64,000 nucleotides of DNA from positions 50,656,001-50,720,000 of the forward strand of contig CM052817.1 in the NCBI GenBank assembly GCA_028534125.1, given 5' to 3'. The translations under genes were made by a program, and so were the position numbers. The notes beneath the pieces were generated by a model. It was not told the DNA's origin. It did no database searches and saw only the letters and a program-made list of their open reading frames with translations. Shown in pieces: positions 52,581 through 64,000 of this stretch (the first letter of the stretch is position 1; the number at the start of each line of letters is the position of its first letter). Source of the stretch: Lama glama (Eukaryota).

Positions 52581-53299
52581 AAACTGAATCCTGGGATAAG
52601 ATTGTGGACATGCTTAAATTTTGCTACTTGGTAGGCTCAGCTCTGTTCTTCACTTAGGAGAAATGCATTGAAATTTAAGAGCAGGTAAACACTATGACTA
52701 TTTGAATAGTGGTCCAGTTTTGAGTTGTGACTATGTGAGTGGCCTGGAAAAGTATGTAGGTATAAAAGTCATTTAAAAAGGTAATATGCAGGAAAAAGTA
52801 ACTTGAGGTATGTACAGTGAGAAAGAGGAAGAAATCAAAGATGAATATTCTTATGCTTTATTTAAGCATTTTTGTGTTAAATTGCTTGTATATCTCTTAC
52901 TCCCTTTTTTTCTCTGTTGCAATTTGTTCCTGAAAACTGTATCATATTTCTCATTAACTGCTTTGGAAGTCTGCAGGACACTTGGAATTCTGGAGTAGGC
53001 GTATCAGTTACATGACACACTGAATCCACATTCTTAGAAACTAGTGAGAGAGCAACATATGCTAAAAAGTGAGGGAACTAAGAGTCATCTAGAAAGTGGA
53101 GGAAACAAATTTGTCGCCACAGTATGCTTGTGAGGATTTTGTAAAGAACTCTATGTAAAAAGCCTTCTGTCCTACCACGCACATCTGAATAATGTTAACA
53201 GTTATTAAGAGGCAAATAATAATTAAAAGTAGAGATGTTTTCTTGACTATGTTGGAAGAGCAGGATGGTAAATGTGGGATTTAGGTGTATAGCTTCATT

Positions 53300-53470
53300 C
53301 GATTTTATTGCCTGAGAAATCTTTGCAGCATGTCAGGAAATTCCTCACCTCCACTAGAAAGCGGAGAAACCTGACTTAAGGAGCAGAGTGTTTCTCCTAA
53401 AGTCACACAAGTCAGTACCAAAGCTTTGATCAGAATTAGATTGGGTAATTTATAATCATATGTCCTATTT
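53300..53470 (-). mobile_element. MIR SINE
   Basis: 'ggagaaacctgacttaaggagcagagtgtttctcctaaagtcacacaagtcagt'. Confidence 0.55.
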
Positions 53471-54816
53471 TGCATTCCACTGCAACTGTTTACATAACAA
53501 AGTGGAAGTAGCAAAAAGCCTAAAAATTTTTAAAAGCACAATAAAGCAAAACTAATAATCAAGTATGAAGATCAGCGCAGGTCACTATTCTAACAAAGTC
53601 CTTACTATCTCCCACCCAAATGATAGCAGTAGCATCATGGCTGCTTGCTTTGCCACTTTCTCTTCTGCAATTCCCCTGTCAGATTTTAAGATTCCGCCTA
53701 TTAAGTACAATTTCAACCTGACTAGCCTGTCTTGTACCTTTACAATTTCTAGAATCCTCTCATCTGTTTTATAAAATCCCTATCTCGTATTCCTCACTTG
53801 GAGGTTGATGGGGTTGTCATTCACTCACATTTTAATGTTTCTGTATTTGAGTCAGCTGATGACATAACAGATGCTCAACAAGTACTTTTTGTTAGATCAG
53901 TTCAGAAAATTCCTCCATTTCACATTAATAAAATATCTCAGGTGATGACTAAGACCCAAAAAGCCATGAAAATTAAGAATTTATTATAAATGCTGGTATA
54001 TTCTCCATTTTTGTTTGACTTGGCATTTCATTCTTGGTTTAACTCCATTTTGAAAGAAGCAATAATTTGCTTTGTTAGCGCTTGGAGCTGTAAGACTGAC
54101 GGTTAGGTCTCAGTTTGTTGGCTAATTTGGTGTAAGCAATCCATTAAGTAAAACAACCAGTGTAATGGCTTTTTAAGTCACAGTCTTTTCCCGACTGTTC
54201 TAATATGAATGAGATGCCTCAGTCAAGCAGACTTTTGTGACACAGACTTTACTTTAGCATGGGGAGGAGAGCACAAATTCTAGATTCAGACAGATGTGAA
54301 ATTATTGTGGGACCCTAAGTGATTTTACTAACATTTTTAACTCGTAAAAAAAATAGGATAATAGTAACTTTTTTCCCAGGCCTATGTATTTTAATCTTTT
54401 TCTACTTCCAAAGAATTATATATATATGTCATTGAGCTATTATATCAGGATACAATATATAAATATAAACACTTTATTATACACAAATAGAGAACCAAAT
54501 GATATTTTAAATTCTTGTTTCTCCAAAGTAAAACTTGTTGACAGAGCAAAATCGAGATATAAAATACATATTACATATGTAAACTATATATATATTATCT
54601 TGATATATCCTGCAAAGAAAGAAATAATCCCTAAGAAATATGTTTACTTAATTGCTTTAAAAATTAAAAACAAAACCCAAAACCCCAAAACACTAACTTT
54701 GGAAACTCAAAAGCAAAACAAGCTTTTTAACACGGTCTTTTTTATATACAAATTATTTCACTCATGTTTCTCAGTGCTTTTCCATTCACAGTTCTGATAT
54801 CTTTCCACATTCTTAC

Positions 54817-55290
54817 CCCTGAGAAACTTGCCAAGAACAAGAGAAAATAAATGAGCCATTGTAGCTAAAAAGTAAAAACAAGTGAGTAGATTACAGTAGA
54901 ACCCAGCCAACCAGAGTGGGTATCAGCATTATTGTGTTGAGTGCTAGTTATTTCAGGACAACACTGAACTGCAGTACAGACCTAGCGTTTACCAAAATGA
55001 AAACGTACGTGCTATCAAGAATGTGACTGTAGATTACGGATTTATGCAAGCAGGTAATCTGCGGAAGTTCTCATAGTTCCCGTTTTTGTCCGCATTCCTA
55101 GGAGAGCTGTTTGTTTTGGTTTGCTGCTGGATTGTGGTTTTTATCCAGGCAGGATGAGCTGCTGCAGCAATGAACCCAACCCACAGTGGACAAATAAAAG
55201 CGGCAGAGAGCTGTCGAGGCTGATTTGCATGGCACTTCTCATCTACGCGCTCCGCTCCAGCTCCGACCGCCAGTGCCAGGATGTCACCGT
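54817..55290 (-). promoter_or_regulatory. Putative promoter and non-coding first exon (5'UTR) of a minus-strand gene
   Basis: Strong donor GGG|gtaaga (exon ends 54817); roughly 15 CpGs in 54980-55290 against a CpG-poor background; octamer ATTTGCAT 55223-55230, RUNX TGTGGTT 55133-55139, MCAT/TEAD CATTCC 55093-55098, ETS-like CGGAAGT ~55062; no recognisable repeat. FILIP1L is only a tentative guess from recalled locus architecture. Confidence 0.6.
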
Positions 55291-56137
55291 TTGTGGTGAT
55301 TTTGGGGAGGCTTGCAGATAGGCAGTGAGTTCTGGAATCCTCCAGGAATATGTTTAAATGAGTTAAGGGAGAAAATGTTATTAAAATAACAAAATGTTTT
55401 CTTTTTCACTGACAGAATTAAGAGACATATGGTTTTTAAGCTGTTGGGGGTTAATAGCAATTTTCTACTCACATATAGCTATCTTAAGAATACAAACATT
55501 TGCATTTACCTACAAAAATGGTCATTTTATGCCTGAGTGTGGAGGTGGAATGGTGGTAGAGATAAGGGTATGTGGGTTGACATACATACTTTCCTAAACC
55601 ATTAAGTATCCTCTAAACCCTAATATTAAATTAAACATTTTAAGAAAAAAAATTTGATTCATACCTATATCTGCCTATTCTAGTAAGTTTCAAATGAGAT
55701 GCTTGATAAATAATCACAGAGGCTGGTGAAACTTTACCATTAACTTCTAGAAGATTCTATACTGTTTTAGAAAGTATTTTTCCCATTTATTTATTCCTTC
55801 ACCACTAGAAATAAGTGAAGGGAAGGGATGGAAAATGGGATGTTAGGTCATTTTAAACATGTTAAATTAATAAACTTATTTTCCAGAAGCCCACTGAGTA
55901 GTACTGTAACTTTTCTAGAAACTTAAGTGGATAAACATATTAGGTGAAAGAATAAGAATATTAAAACATTCTTCTATAGACATGGTCATCATTCTGTTTA
56001 TTTCAAAGTTTCTATTTGTTCTTTACCCCTTAGGGCTTCATTCCAAAAGACCAGTTCTCTCTTGCTATTAAAGTCATTCTCTGGCAGAAGTGCAATGCTT
56101 AGGGGAGCACATTAACATTTCCATCCTTACTAAACTA

Positions 56138-56345
56138 GTTCAGTGGTAAAGAGCATGGGCTGTGGAGCCAGATTGGCCTGAATTTGAATTTCAACTTCAC
56201 AACATAATAGCTGGGTGATTTAAAGCAAATTACTTAAACTCTAAGCATTCATTTTCTCTTTGGGGGAAAAAAATAGAAAATACTTTCTTCACTTAGTTCA
56301 CAACCTGTCTACAGTAAAAACTAAATAAGAGCTGTTATTATTACA
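56138..56345 (+). mobile_element. MIR SINE
   Basis: 'cagtggtaaagagcatgggctgtggagccagattggcctgaatttgaatttc...tagctgggtgatttaaagcaaattacttaaactctaagc'. Confidence 0.85.
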
Positions 56346-56869
56346 AAAATGTAATGGTATGCGGCCAGCCTGTGAGCAGCCACGGACCAAGCATTAAGTG
56401 TCTTGGTGCCATTTTAAGGACACGTCATGTCTTTGAGCCAGTTACTGTGCTGAGAGCTATGGTTGTAGCTCATTTGTCTTCTCATCTAGAAGCTGATATT
56501 GTTTTTTGCCCTTTGATGAATCCCCATCACTCAGTCTATGTATTTACTAGGCATATCATGATTTTTGTAACTGTAGTGAAAACCTTAAAACGTCCTATGG
56601 AAGAATCATATTTAAAAATTCTGCTTACCTCTTACCCAAGCCCATCTCAATCTTTGCTCTAAGAAAGGTTTATACAATCCAACATTGGCACTTTTGTCCT
56701 TCCCAAAGACCTTAACCCCAGGGAACCAGAATTTCCTCACCATCTTCATTACACCGAGTAATTAAGACTAGATCTATCATGTATCTTTAAATTTCTGTAC
56801 TCTTTACCAATAATTTCCTCTCCCCCCAAAAAATCTTGCAGTGGCAGAATTCTTAAAATTTACTGACAG

Positions 56870-56870
<1 letters not shown>

Positions 56871-56918
<48 letters not shown>
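56871..56918. repeat. (TA)24 microsatellite
   Basis: Perfect TA run seen directly. Confidence 0.97.
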
Positions 56919-56921
<3 letters not shown>

Positions 56922-59889
56922 AAAATTCTTCTTCCTGCCCTCACTTCCTCCATTTCTTTTTATTTATATTCAATTATTTTGGCAAGTATTTCCTGAGAAT
57001 ATCTCTAGCCTTTAACTCGTAGGCTTCACATTTGTTAAATAACTAAACACGAATCAGGGCGGGAATGGAAACTTTAACTCAGTGAAGCAATCTTTATGAA
57101 TGTGATATAATTTTAAAAATATAGGCCCATTACTATTTAAGGTCATGTGTATCATTCAATATGTTAAAGATTAGATTTCATAGGTCTGAGTACCTGACAT
57201 TCACATCCTCAAAAAATCTACCTAACACATCCATTCTTATAGGCTGTATTAGCATCAGAAATAACTTAGACCAGTCTCCACAGATAAACCACATTATCTT
57301 CAGTAAAAGAAAATAGCTACAACTAATCAATTGTCTTAAATTACCACAAACATTAATGTGTTTCCACACACACAAAAAAATCAGTTTTTAGCACTTTATG
57401 CCTTCAGGAAAAATGGCTATGTTAAGAGTTTGCAGATACTGTTGATCAGAATGTGGCTTTTTTATTGCTAGGTATCAGAATTATCATTATGATAATATGT
57501 TGAACTATAACATTAAATGACCTGAATCTATTAAGAGACAATTCTGTTTCTAAGAATTACAAAAACAGTATGTATTTTGGAATGTATAAACACATTTATA
57601 AAGTGATTCTCTGGAAGAATCAGCAGCAGATTTTGCTTATGGGTGTTTACTACTCTTTGTGTAGGCACTTTGAAATACCTGTGCTGGTGAGCATTTAACG
57701 TCAAAACACCAAAATTTTAAACATAGTAAGACAATCTTTCTATGAAGCATACATGGAAATAATAAGTTATAGCAAATCTACATGACACAGTGGCATATGA
57801 AACCATCATACATACAAGATGAAACTTCAGCTCCTGAGGAAAGAAAGCCAGGGTTGACTGAATCTTACACATTCCAGAAAATGCAAGAACAATTGAAAAA
57901 TCCCTTATGTTAAAGCCATATTTAAAAGATCCATAAGGACTACAGTTGTATTTCAAGTATATGAATCTGAGTTACAGAAGCGACCTTCTGGTAGGGGTAG
58001 AGGATGATCTGTGGGGTCCACCTGCTACTGACTGTGGTAACCAGCATCTCAGTATCAATCAGGCAAAGAACTTCATTTTCCTTACTTTACTGCAATAATT
58101 GATTATATTCGCTATGCCTTGGCTAATTGGCTCTGAATTACTGTACTTGCTCTCTTTTTATCAAGTTCATTTGCCTTCCTGACTGAGGACAGCACATAGA
58201 CAATAACACTGTGGTCCCATTAGTTCAGATGGCAGGTGGGCTTTAGCGTTGAATCCAAATGGTAGTAAGTAGTATAATTGAAATAGATCAGTAGGGGCCC
58301 AAGAAGAGAGGATAAAGAAGAGGGAGAGGAACATTTATTCTGTTTAAAGGGAAGCTTTGTGATTAAAGGAAAAAAAATATGAGAGTTTTATGCATGTCAT
58401 TTTTCATGTGTAGAAACAACACAAGCCAACTGAAAAATAGAACACTTGGCACCTGGAAGAACTCAGTCTGAAAAAAACTAAGGGTTTGTATCTTTATGGA
58501 AAAACAAACTTCTGTTCCTGTGCAGTAATCTTACTAGAGGAAATTAGTATGGAAATATCAGCTGTTAGCATTAGGATTTGATTTCTGTAAAGGATAAATG
58601 AGGACTTCTAATTTTATCTTTGCTTAATGAGCAAACTGGCTCCAGAGAGATGCAAAACTATTTTGGCAATGTGCCTACAACTTATGTCAGAGCTCCAAGG
58701 AGCAAGGTGTCAGCCCTGATGATGCTTACATTAGGGATTTCATAGCTCATTCATCTCTGCCATGCTTCTCCCTCACCCAGGGTTACATGGCCACAAGGGA
58801 CAATGCACCCTTTGGACCATTTGTGGTTTATGAATTGTAAATCGAACGAGAGGGAGAGACAGCTTGACTAAACCCAAATTATGTTACAATAGATGGTAAC
58901 GAATGTCCTGCTTTAGCAGGATAATAGAACCCCTGCTTATTGGCAGTCATTCAGACTCTATCTCTCTCATCCATTTTCTCTCTTGGCCTTGACCCTAATC
59001 CAGCAATTGCACATCCCCAGCTGCTCTTTAAGCTGCCTCATTAGAGGCGCACCATTGGGCAGCTCCCATGACAGTCATCCAATGGGATGAAAGTGACATG
59101 GGGCCAAAGACTGTAACTGATTGGCAAGCATCGCAATGAAATATGAGACAGGGTTAGATGAAGGAGGCTTTGGAGAGAATTTGTAGAGGCTGAACAGTTA
59201 AGGAATTTTAAACACATATTAACTTCACTGTTCAGCACTTTAGTTTTTTTTAACTTTAGAGAAAAAACTCCAGACACCACAAAATTCCCCATATGGAGCA
59301 TAAAAAAATTGACTTTAAAGGCATTTTTTATTAAAATCTAAAATAATTTCTTTTACTGTATAAAATGAATACTTTAGCCACAAAACAGCTTAACTCCCAT
59401 TAATATTTTCATAAAATTCTTACAGATGCATAGTTTAAGACTATAATTCAGAAATATACTATTTTCAGAACCATTTAGAAATGAGTGAAAGATATTTACA
59501 TAATCTGAGAGAATCCAGTGAATTTCATCTACACTTCTACTGTCATAAATCTAGTTTACATCTTTATACATTCTAACAGAATGTTAATGTGTAGTGATAA
59601 CTTAGTGAGCACTCAGTTAACTCAAAATAACGTTTTCAAAGCACAACTCAAAATAGCTTCATCATATATGATCTTGACACTAACTCTTATCACTGAATTT
59701 ATTCTAGTTTTTTCAACAATGTATGTAATCCATCTATACTTATTTAATAACTCCATGATATAAAGTATTCTAATGTTTATTTATATTGATATTAATTATT
59801 CCTTTCACTCAAAATCTTCTGGATCAAAGTAATTCTTTCCAGACAGTCATAGAAAATTGTATTTCATGTGTTAAAACTTCTCAGCTTTC

Positions 59890-60110
59890 ATATCTTTAAA
59901 TGTTTGAAGGCATGAAATGTGCCTCTGAACTAATTCTATAAAGATAAATGCCTATTAGCTAATTGGAGGTAAGATGAGGGAAGTAGAAAGTATTTCAAGC
60001 AGAGGGAAAACCATATACAAATGCCCTTGCAGATGCCTTCAGGGACCCCTAGTGCATGCTTTAGTAAACTCTTGGAATGTAGTAAACAGACATCATAAAG
60101 CCAGGTTAGG
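59890..60110 (-). mobile_element. L2 fragment
   Basis: 'tatttcaagcagagggaaaaccatatacaaatgccc'. Confidence 0.55.
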
Positions 60111-61899
60111 TTAAGGGGTGAGGGTGTATATATATACACTTGGGAGTAAACAAAGTGCAAGCTCAAGGAAATCCAAGTATAGAAACTCTCATATGGGAAG
60201 AACTCATTGTGGAATAAGAAACATCATTTACAAACCAAGTCAGTTCCAGAGACCCAGCACCAGAAATACGTGGTGATTCAATTAGATGCTGTGCAATAAT
60301 TCAACCCAACTACATTTCCTAGTTGTCTTTATCTGTTTAATTCTTTTATTTATAAATACTGGCAGATTCTTCTTCTTAGACTTTGTAGAGGTGAAACATG
60401 ATTTTTTCAGTGTAACGAAAATCCTTGTTGCACCTTATTATAGCAATCCAAGCCATAAATTTGTGTTAGCTGCCCTTGGATCAAATGTTCTTCTTTGCTG
60501 ACATAAATTATAATTAGGAAAAAAGTAGGTGGTATAAAGAAGATTCACTGGATATTATTCAGAGTCTAGCTGCTTAAGGCTGCATCCTGCAGCAGGGCTC
60601 TGGGAGAAGCAGTTTTCTTTAAGAGGGATTGTTGGCATGACAAGGAAGTGGATGATGGTAGAAATTTTATAATAAAGGATATAGAAGATCTCTGTCATAT
60701 GGAGATCATGTGAGATTTTTCTTAAGTTTATTGAAACAAAGTTAATTGAAACAAATTTTACATTGCCAAAAGTTAAAATTCTACTAGTTACCTATATTAT
60801 AATGTATTCTACTTTTCTAGTGGCAAGATAAATTAATTTTTCTTTGAATATACTGTGTTCACTAGATGATTAAAATATTTTATGGTTATATGCAAGGTAT
60901 TCCTCATACTTCCCTAGTTTATTTAAGTTATTCTTTCCGTTTCCAGCTAAACTTTGACTTTATTATTGAAGTCTTTGTTTACTTGAGGTTCAATCTCTTT
61001 ACACCTATAATTTTCCCCATTATTAAGCACTTAATCACATTGCATTTACTTTATTTTGCACATTTATATATTTTTCCACTATTGAGAAATCTCAGAAGCA
61101 GTAATTTTATTTTATACTTCATCCTACTGCCTCTATAATGCATTACAAATTTGTTTATCATATAGTAGGAATGTAATAAATACTACATGGTGGAAGTAAA
61201 TGAGTCTAAGATAAAGTGTTTGAGAACTACAGGAGTGTTGCAGAAGGTATCTGAAGCAAAGGATTAAATCAATTTTGGGGATTCTTTCAGAAATAGATGA
61301 TTTTATAAATCATAAACAAAAACGGATTATTTTTATAGATTGCTTTTTATTTGACTTCGAAAAAGTCTTTACCAAACACTAACATCTGATTCAGCTTTCT
61401 GAAGAAGAATGCCTCATTCAACATAATGATTGTTTTCAATAAAATATGCTCACTAACAACCATAGTCTTTCTCTAGTACACTAGAACTGTTCACAATCAG
61501 GAGTCCCCTACAGCTTATTTCTTATGCAATAAGAATGAGGGCATTTGGGAGTACTTGTCTGCTGACTCAAAGTCTCCAGAGCATAGTGAACTGCCAATAT
61601 TGGTATTATGCCTTACCCACTGTCCATCTACTTAAGGAACTGGTTTCTCTAGTGTAAAACCAATGAAAAGCAATGGATTTTTCTCTGTTAAACTTTAATG
61701 ACTCAGAATGAGCATCATGAATGGTCAGCATGTAGTCATGTGTTGAACTAAAAAGACTAGTAAAAGTTAAAAGAGCCTATTTAAAGTATAATAAACCAAC
61801 TTACATTCAAGTTATCTCACTATATTCAATGATCATTACATTTTAGAGTAAAACAATAAAATCACTCAATATTCTATTATATATTCAAGAAATGATAGA

Positions 61900-62290
61900 A
61901 ATATCCAAATTTTGCAGTAAAAACTTGTGACATGCTAGACAGTGTGATGGGAAATGGGGAAACAAAGAGGTACTATATACAATCTGCAGTCTCAAGAATC
62001 TGTCTATAAGGAAAAGATAGTTAAACAACTATAATACAAGAATATAATAAGTATGGCAAAATAAATATACATGACATACTGTTGGGTTACATTTTAGGAA
62101 AAGAGTTGTTTCTTTTAAGAAAAATATAGACATATATTTTTCTGAGTCCTGAAGAATGAGTAGTGTATCTCCAGACAGTTAAAACAGTAGAGGAAGCAAT
62201 TCCCCAAAGCTGTGCAAACAAAGACTTAGATAAATGAGAGCTCTCACTGTGTTAGCAGGATGGCTTTGTAAAGTATAGCTGGAATAAACA
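61900..62290 (-). mobile_element. L2 3' fragment
   Basis: 'acatgctagacagtgtg...ctgcagtctcaagaatc...ctgagtcctgaagaatgagtag'. Confidence 0.55.
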
Positions 62291-62964
62291 GGCAGTGCTT
62301 TCTTACAAGTGAGTAATCTGTTTTGAATATTCCCTTCCACATCTTCCTTCCTAAAAGTCTGGTGTATTCAAAAGGGTATAAGTTGCCTTTCTTTTTAATA
62401 CTGTTGGAAGCCAGTCTGGGACATGGGTGTAAGGCAAGGAAAAGATTGCCAAGGCAGCCTCTGAACTTGTTCTTAAAGGCGTCAATAGATTTTTATGTGG
62501 CCCAATCAGTTTATGTGACACTTAAGTATAGAGAAATTATTTGTGACAAAACCCTGGCTTGGTTAATGAGACGTTACAAAAGAGAACTACTTTATTTATA
62601 ATGTCTTCGCAGTCTTAAAACCAGAGGAATTAGCTGGTCAGTAACACATTTCAAAGTGAGTTCTGAGCCACCCATTCCAAGGATGGGACCCACAGTCACT
62701 CATTTATATTAAAAACGGTTTGTACAGGGTAAGGTATCTCAAATGGGATAAGGACTAAACAAATTAATTTAACTTGGAACAATTTAGGAGTAGAAGATAG
62801 GGTATTTGTGTTGAAATATAGGTGGGAAATAAAATTGGAGATAATGTGTCAACAACTCTTTATTTTCTCATAAACAAGAAAAAGTTTAGGGTATTAACTT
62901 TTAGTGCAGGATTTTGCTTAGCAATGAATCAAGTTTCTTGGGACATACCCTGAACAAAGCCATA

Positions 62965-63200
62965 GGTAGTAATAACAGTAATAATAATCATAAAAATTAT
63001 ACTACTACTCTGTATTTATTGGTTACTTCCTATATTTCAGGTTTTGGACCAAGTAATTTACACCATTATATCATATAATGGCCACAGCATTTTATCCCTA
63101 TTTTGATAATTAGGTGATTTAGGCTCAGACAGGCTAAGCAGCTCACCCAAGTTGACCCAACTAATAAATAATAGATCCAAGATTTTATCACATGCAGTTT
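62965..63200 (-). mobile_element. MIR SINE
   Basis: 'tatccctattttgataattaggtgatttaggctcagacaggctaagcagctcacccaag'. Confidence 0.75.
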
Positions 63201-64000
63201 ATTTTCATACTTTCCATTTCTTGTAAAGAAATAGCATCTCTTATTCTGAGACAGATTGGAAAGAGAACCAGGTAATTCAAATATTGGGAATACAGAGATT
63301 TCATTCCAAAAGTAGAACTGTTAATGTAGGTCCAGGGTATTCCTTAATTTATGTCCAACTCATAATTTCTGTAATACTTTGGATGGGCCACCAAGAACCT
63401 TATTTTTTCAGAAGGATCTGCTGGCCTTATTGCTAGATGAGGGATCCACTTGAAACAAGACTGTAGCAGTACTCAGACTCTGATTTGGGCGCTGGCTGCC
63501 TCACACTAGAGAAGGCCAAGGTGAGAGTTCTGTGTTTGTGACACCAAAATAGTACTGTTCAAATTGAAGCCAGCCCACTGCCCAGCCTGCTATTTGTTGA
63601 GAAGATACTGAAACTGAAAGATAACAAAACTGAAAAGATAAATTTATCCTTTAGAAAACTTAATCCAATAATTTTAATTATTTGGAGATCTGTGTTCATG
63701 TTGAGCTCTGCTGTACACAGCATTGGTGGTTGGGTGAAGTAAAAGATCAGTATTTATGCTTCCACTTATGTTTCCATTTTAAAATGGTAGAAGTGACAGA
63801 GGGAGCTCTTGGTGACTGCAGATGTTAAGCCATGGAATAGATATTTCCTCAGTGGAGCCACCACGAAAATGTTTGAGTTAAGAGTCTTAGGAAAAGAGAG
63901 TACCCTAATTCTTGTGACTGTCAGCTCTAATGGATGAAGGAAGACAGTTGGGTCCAGCTGTAGAGCCAGCACTGCAAAGAAGGTGTGCTCATTTACTTTA

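Noticed and set aside
53606..53675. Possible second minus-strand exon (cag|GGGAATT...GATA|gtaagg, containing ATG ATG)
   Set aside because: The acceptor has almost no polypyrimidine tract, the exonic donor context is weak, and the peptide is unrecognised
54384..54797. 137-aa plus-strand ORF
   Set aside because: Extremely AT-rich with I/Y/K/N bias; a chance ORF in intronic sequence
58715..58800. TGATGA resembling a C/D snoRNA box C
   Set aside because: No box D (CTGA) or terminal stem at a suitable distance
1..64000. Prokaryotic-type systems, tRNA/rRNA/snRNA genes, mitochondrial insertions
   Set aside because: None recognised by eye; the window is eukaryotic repeat-rich DNA with no long ORFs or operon structure

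Overview
This is AT-rich, CpG-depleted mammalian DNA that looks intronic or intergenic. It is dominated by old interspersed repeats (L2, MIR, MaLR/ERVL LTRs, L1M, hAT DNA transposons), plus a few younger L1 3'-end insertions and two solo ERV1-type LTRs. I saw no Alu, rodent B1, Bov-tA/CHR, PRE1 or carnivore SINEs, and the young L1 tails resemble cetartiodactyl L1, so a camelid is my best inference. No ORF in the track is a credible protein-coding gene. The clearest gene-related signal is a locally CpG-rich, motif-dense segment at about 54.8-55.6 kb. It has a strong minus-strand splice donor (GGG|gtaaga after 54817) and looks like a promoter with a non-coding first exon, possibly bidirectional. 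The architecture recalls FILIP1L nested in CMSS1 intron 1, but I cannot confirm that from sequence. The most unusual item is a roughly 245-bp non-TE, poly(A)-tailed retroposed fragment inserted into an L1 3' end at 44.3-44.6 kb. I found no convincing new biological system. Repeat family names come from recalled consensus motifs, and boundaries are approximate unless a target-site duplication (TSD) is given.
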